From positions 58,229-122,228 of the forward strand of contig NZ_CAKMHQ010000045.1 in assembly GCF_927312905.1 (NCBI RefSeq): 64,000 bases of DNA, read 5' to 3'. Positions 61,384-64,000 of this stretch are shown here, one piece after another. Below the pieces are notes generated by a model. It did not search any database, was not told where the DNA came from, and saw only the letters and a list, made by a program, of their open reading frames with translations. Source of the stretch: Candidatus Nitrotoga sp. 1052 (lineage in GTDB: Bacteria; Pseudomonadota; Gammaproteobacteria; Burkholderiales; Gallionellaceae). The position numbers and the translations under genes are program-made. Position 1 is the stretch's first letter, and every line of letters starts with the position of its first letter.

Positions 61384-62823
61384 ATGCTAGCACAACTTAC
61401 TCTCTCCCTGACGCCGCCCAAAAACCTGATTAACCAACATCTGCTGGTGCTGCTGCCCAAAGCCAAGACGCTACCTCAAGACTTGCCGCATCTCGACTTA
61501 CTCAAGACAGTGCTGGCGCGACGCGGCCTCAAGGTGGATGAACTGACTAACTCGCCGGTTTCTGCTAATGCGGCTAATGGCGCGTTGATGGCTTGGACGA
61601 TGCTGGATTTTTCCAAGGACGCCTTCGCCATCCAGACCCAAGTGCGCAAAGCCATGCAATTGCTTCTGGCAGAAATGCCCAAAAGCATTGCCATTGTGGT
61701 GCTGGGCGATCCTGCGCAACGCAAGCTGACTGCAGAGCTGGCTGTGTATGGTGCATGGGTGAATAGCGCCCTGCTGCCGGAACATAAGAAAATAGATAAA
61801 CGCAAACCGCTGCGAAAAATTGAACTATTTGGATTTGCGGACAGGCAAGCATTTGTATCACTCAAGGCGCAGGGCGAAGGCAATTTCCTATGCCGCGAAC
61901 TGACTGTGCTTCCGCCTAACGAGCTGACTCCAGCTCTCTATCGGGCGCGGGTAAAAATACTCGCACAACAACATGGCTGGAAGCATGTGGAGTTTGACCT
62001 TAAGAAACTGCGCAAGTTGGGCGCGGGTGCTTTCGTGGCTGTGGCGCAGGGCAGCGCGGACGAAGATGCCGCCATCGTACATCTGCGCTACACTCATCCG
62101 AAAGCCAAGCAAACCGTAGGGCTGGTGGGCAAGGGTATTTGCTTCGATACCGGCGGGCACAACCTGAAACCAGCGCGCTATATGCATGGCATGCACGAGG
62201 ACATGAACGGGTCGGCCGTAACACTCGGCATCTTGCTTGCAGCGTCACAGGGTAAGCTGGCGGTGAATATCGATTGCTGGCTGGCGATCGCTCAAAACCA
62301 CATCAGCCCCAAGGCGTACAAACAAAACGATATCGTGACTGCGCTGAACGGCACCACCATCGAAATTATTCACACCGATGCCGAAGGACGCATGGTGCTA
62401 GCCGACACACTCACGCTGGCGGCGCGCGCCAAACCGGATCTAATAATTGACTTTGCCACCCTAACCGGCAGCATGGCCGTGGCCTTAGGCGCGCGCTACA
62501 GCGGCGTACTAGGCAACCGCGATGAGCTGTTACAGCGTGCGGTCAACGTGGGCAAGCAATGCGGCGAGCGTCTATGCGCCTTCCCCCTGGATGACGACTA
62601 TGAAGCTGCGCTGGATTCAAAAGTGGCTGACATCAAGCAATGCACGCTGGATGGCGAGGCCGATCACATCTTGGCAACCCGTTTTCTTAAGCACTTTGTG
62701 GATGACATTCCTTGGCTGCATGTGGATTTATCCGCCAGCCGTTGCGAAGGTGGGCTGGGCATAGTAGCGAGCGAAGTGACGGGATTTGGCGTGGCATGGG
62801 GATTACGTATGCTGCAGGGTTAA
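61384..62823 (+). CDS. M17 family leucyl aminopeptidase
   Basis: M17 signature NTDAEGRL (HTDAEGRMVLAD) and metal-ligand region VGKGICFDTGG. Start ATG 61384 behind a gagga ribosome-binding site. The upstream in-frame extension that overlaps thyA was rejected. Confidence 0.75.
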   Translation: MLAQLTLSLTPPKNLINQHLLVLLPKAKTLPQDLPHLDLLKTVLARRGLKVDELTNSPVSANAANGALMAWTMLDFSKDAFAIQTQVRKAMQLLLAEMPKSIAIVVLGDPAQRKLTAELAVYGAWVNSALLPEHKKIDKRKPLRKIELFGFADRQAFVSLKAQGEGNFLCRELTVLPPNELTPALYRARVKILAQQHGWKHVEFDLKKLRKLGAGAFVAVAQGSADEDAAIVHLRYTHPKAKQTVGLVGKGICFDTGGHNLKPARYMHGMHEDMNGSAVTLGILLAASQGKLAVNIDCWLAIAQNHISPKAYKQNDIVTALNGTTIEIIHTDAEGRMVLADTLTLAARAKPDLIIDFATLTGSMAVALGARYSGVLGNRDELLQRAVNVGKQCGERLCAFPLDDDYEAALDSKVADIKQCTLDGEADHILATRFLKHFVDDIPWLHVDLSASRCEGGLGIVASEVTGFGVAWGLRMLQG

Positions 62824-62968
62824 TTCGTAATAGTTCGCTTTGCGAAGGCAGACAATCCACTGTTCTTACTACCAGCGCTGGAACTACCTGCGCTGGAATG
62901 TTGAATAGGTGCCCTAGCCCAAAATTGCACAGCAAGCGTCAATTCGACGGATTGACCTTCCAGAAACT

Positions 62969-63003
62969 AAAAAGCCCGGCATTTTCATGCCGGGCTTTTT
63001 TTA
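62969..63003. terminator. Bidirectional rho-independent terminator between the M17 peptidase gene and cspA
   Basis: aaaaagcccggcattttcatgccgggcttttttt: a 9-bp GC-rich stem with an A-tract on one side and a T-tract on the other. Confidence 0.75.
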
Positions 63004-63019
63004 TCCAATCAAGAACCGA

Positions 63020-63223
63020 TTAAGGAGCCTGAATATTGGATGCTTGCTTACCTTTAGGACCTTGCGTCACTTCAAAGGTAACCTTTTGGCCCTCTTGAAG
63101 AGACTTGAAGCCGCTCATGTTAATTGCTGAAAAGTGTGCGAACAAATCTTCACTACCATCATCTGGAGTGACAAAACCAAAACCCTTTGCGTCATTGAAC
63201 CATTTTACTGTACCAGTTGCCAT
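63020..63223 (-). CDS. cspA: Cold-shock protein, CspA family
   Basis: [34 protein letters not shown] with RNP1 and RNP2 motifs. 67 aa from ATG 63223. Confidence 0.85.
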   Translation of the reverse strand: MATGTVKWFNDAKGFGFVTPDDGSEDLFAHFSAINMSGFKSLQEGQKVTFEVTQGPKGKQASNIQAP

Positions 63224-63399
63224 GTGTATTACTTCCTTAACTAAAAACGGGGAAATCCCCCGCGAAACTATTTGAATCGAAGATTGCACATGGAAAAAAC
63301 CAGTATCGCAAAAACTTTGAATCAAACGCCAGTTAACCTTATACACTCATAGAATGGATATTGTCAAGGTAATTCTCAGAACATCTAAAATGCATGTAT

Positions 63400-63700
63400 A
63401 TACGTCCATGTTTTAATGAGCAAGCTGGGGTATTGGTCATACGCTCGCTCATAGCGTAACCCACCACCATTGAATAGGTCTTTGTGCCCCCAAATAGAGC
63501 TAGCCTTCGTCAGTCGAATGTAGGTGATATCAGAGTCACCCAAATCCTGTTCGAGGTGGTTGCAGTGAATTCTGCTTAAGCAAGTTTGGTGCGACTGCTA
63601 ATTTTCGGCATCGACAGCAATTTCGCCACCGCTTCAGCACTCAATTCTTCTTCAGCTACTTGCTTGATCACCTGCTCTCAAAATTTCTTTGCTGTATATC
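63400..63700 (-). pseudogene. Possible degraded IS3-family transposase (OrfB) remnant
   Basis: The reverse strand contains ...LGDSDITYIRLTKASSIWGHKDLFNGGG... which resembles the IS3 OrfB block DITYIRT.EGWLYLAVV.DLFSR. It is broken by stops and frameshifts. Weak. Confidence 0.25.
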
Positions 63701-64000
63701 ACGTTAGGAATTCTCTATTTCATTTGACACATCCATATTCGTTTATCAAAACGTTCGTGTCCACTTTCTTCAACTTACCTCATTACTTCGGGAGTTAAAA
63801 ATCGAAAAATGGCTTAAAAATTCTCTCGCATGAGCGAGTAAAGGAAAGTATATGGGCGTTTTTTCAGAAACCTGCTAAAGCTTAGGTTATCAACAATTAT
63901 GATTTATGCAGATACGATCTCTCGAAATGAACTTCCCCAAGAGTGTTAAGGAAACGCTGAATAATTCACCGCACAGCAGAGTCCGGTGCGTAGTTTCCGG

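Overview
This is a roughly 64-kb chromosomal segment of a Gram-negative, probably betaproteobacterial, genome at about 50% GC. That assignment is inference from gene content and synteny: exbB-exbD-lpxK-trm112-kdsB-adk, the ccmABCDE heme-export genes, an ECF-sigma/DUF3619/DUF3106 triad, and an adjacent PPi-dependent phosphofructokinase and H+-pyrophosphatase pair like that seen in Nitrosomonas-type ammonia oxidisers. Most of the window is core housekeeping. Reading left to right: xerD 3' end, a cytochrome c, a TPR/GT9 glycosyltransferase, a Rieske oxygenase, a membrane desaturase, rpmG-rpmB, xseA, the exbBD-lpxK-kdsB-adk block, pfp-hppA, folD, an FKBP, acnA, purT, a second exbBD pair, ccmABCDE, mltG-pabC-fabF-acpP, pssA-psd, ilvIHC, ECF sigma, djlA, folA-thyA, an M17 peptidase and cspA. 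No rRNA, tRNA or CRISPR was recognised.

The stretch from about 22.5 to 37.7 kb is an accessory, rearranged mosaic:
- an IS110 remnant;
- a 4-oxalocrotonate tautomerase plus flavoprotein pair, whose 3' end is duplicated 4.7 kb downstream as a diverged 0.78-kb direct repeat, the two copies bracketing an orphan 1148-aa polytopic membrane protein of unrecognised family (the best candidate here for something undescribed);
- IS21 istA and istB remnants;
- an MHS-type MFS transporter;
- a NarL/HisKA_3 two-component system with a Cache-type sensor;
- a 672-aa flotillin-like SPFH protein with five tandem internal repeats;
- an intact IS1380-like element with 18-bp terminal inverted repeats and a TTAAA target duplication;
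- two families of short intergenic repeats, here called R and X.

Elsewhere, a REP-associated tyrosine transposase (RAYT) is flanked by 28-bp perfect-palindrome REP units, one of which sits in-frame inside the RAYT gene and another rewrites the C-terminus of the neighbouring gamma-carbonic-anhydrase gene. A second ExbB/ExbD pair is followed by a TonB-like PEPK-repeat protein with a non-canonical C-terminal domain and a standalone TfoX C-terminal-domain gene. Several small genes are missing from the ORF track: rpmG, ccmD, and acpP at its true start.
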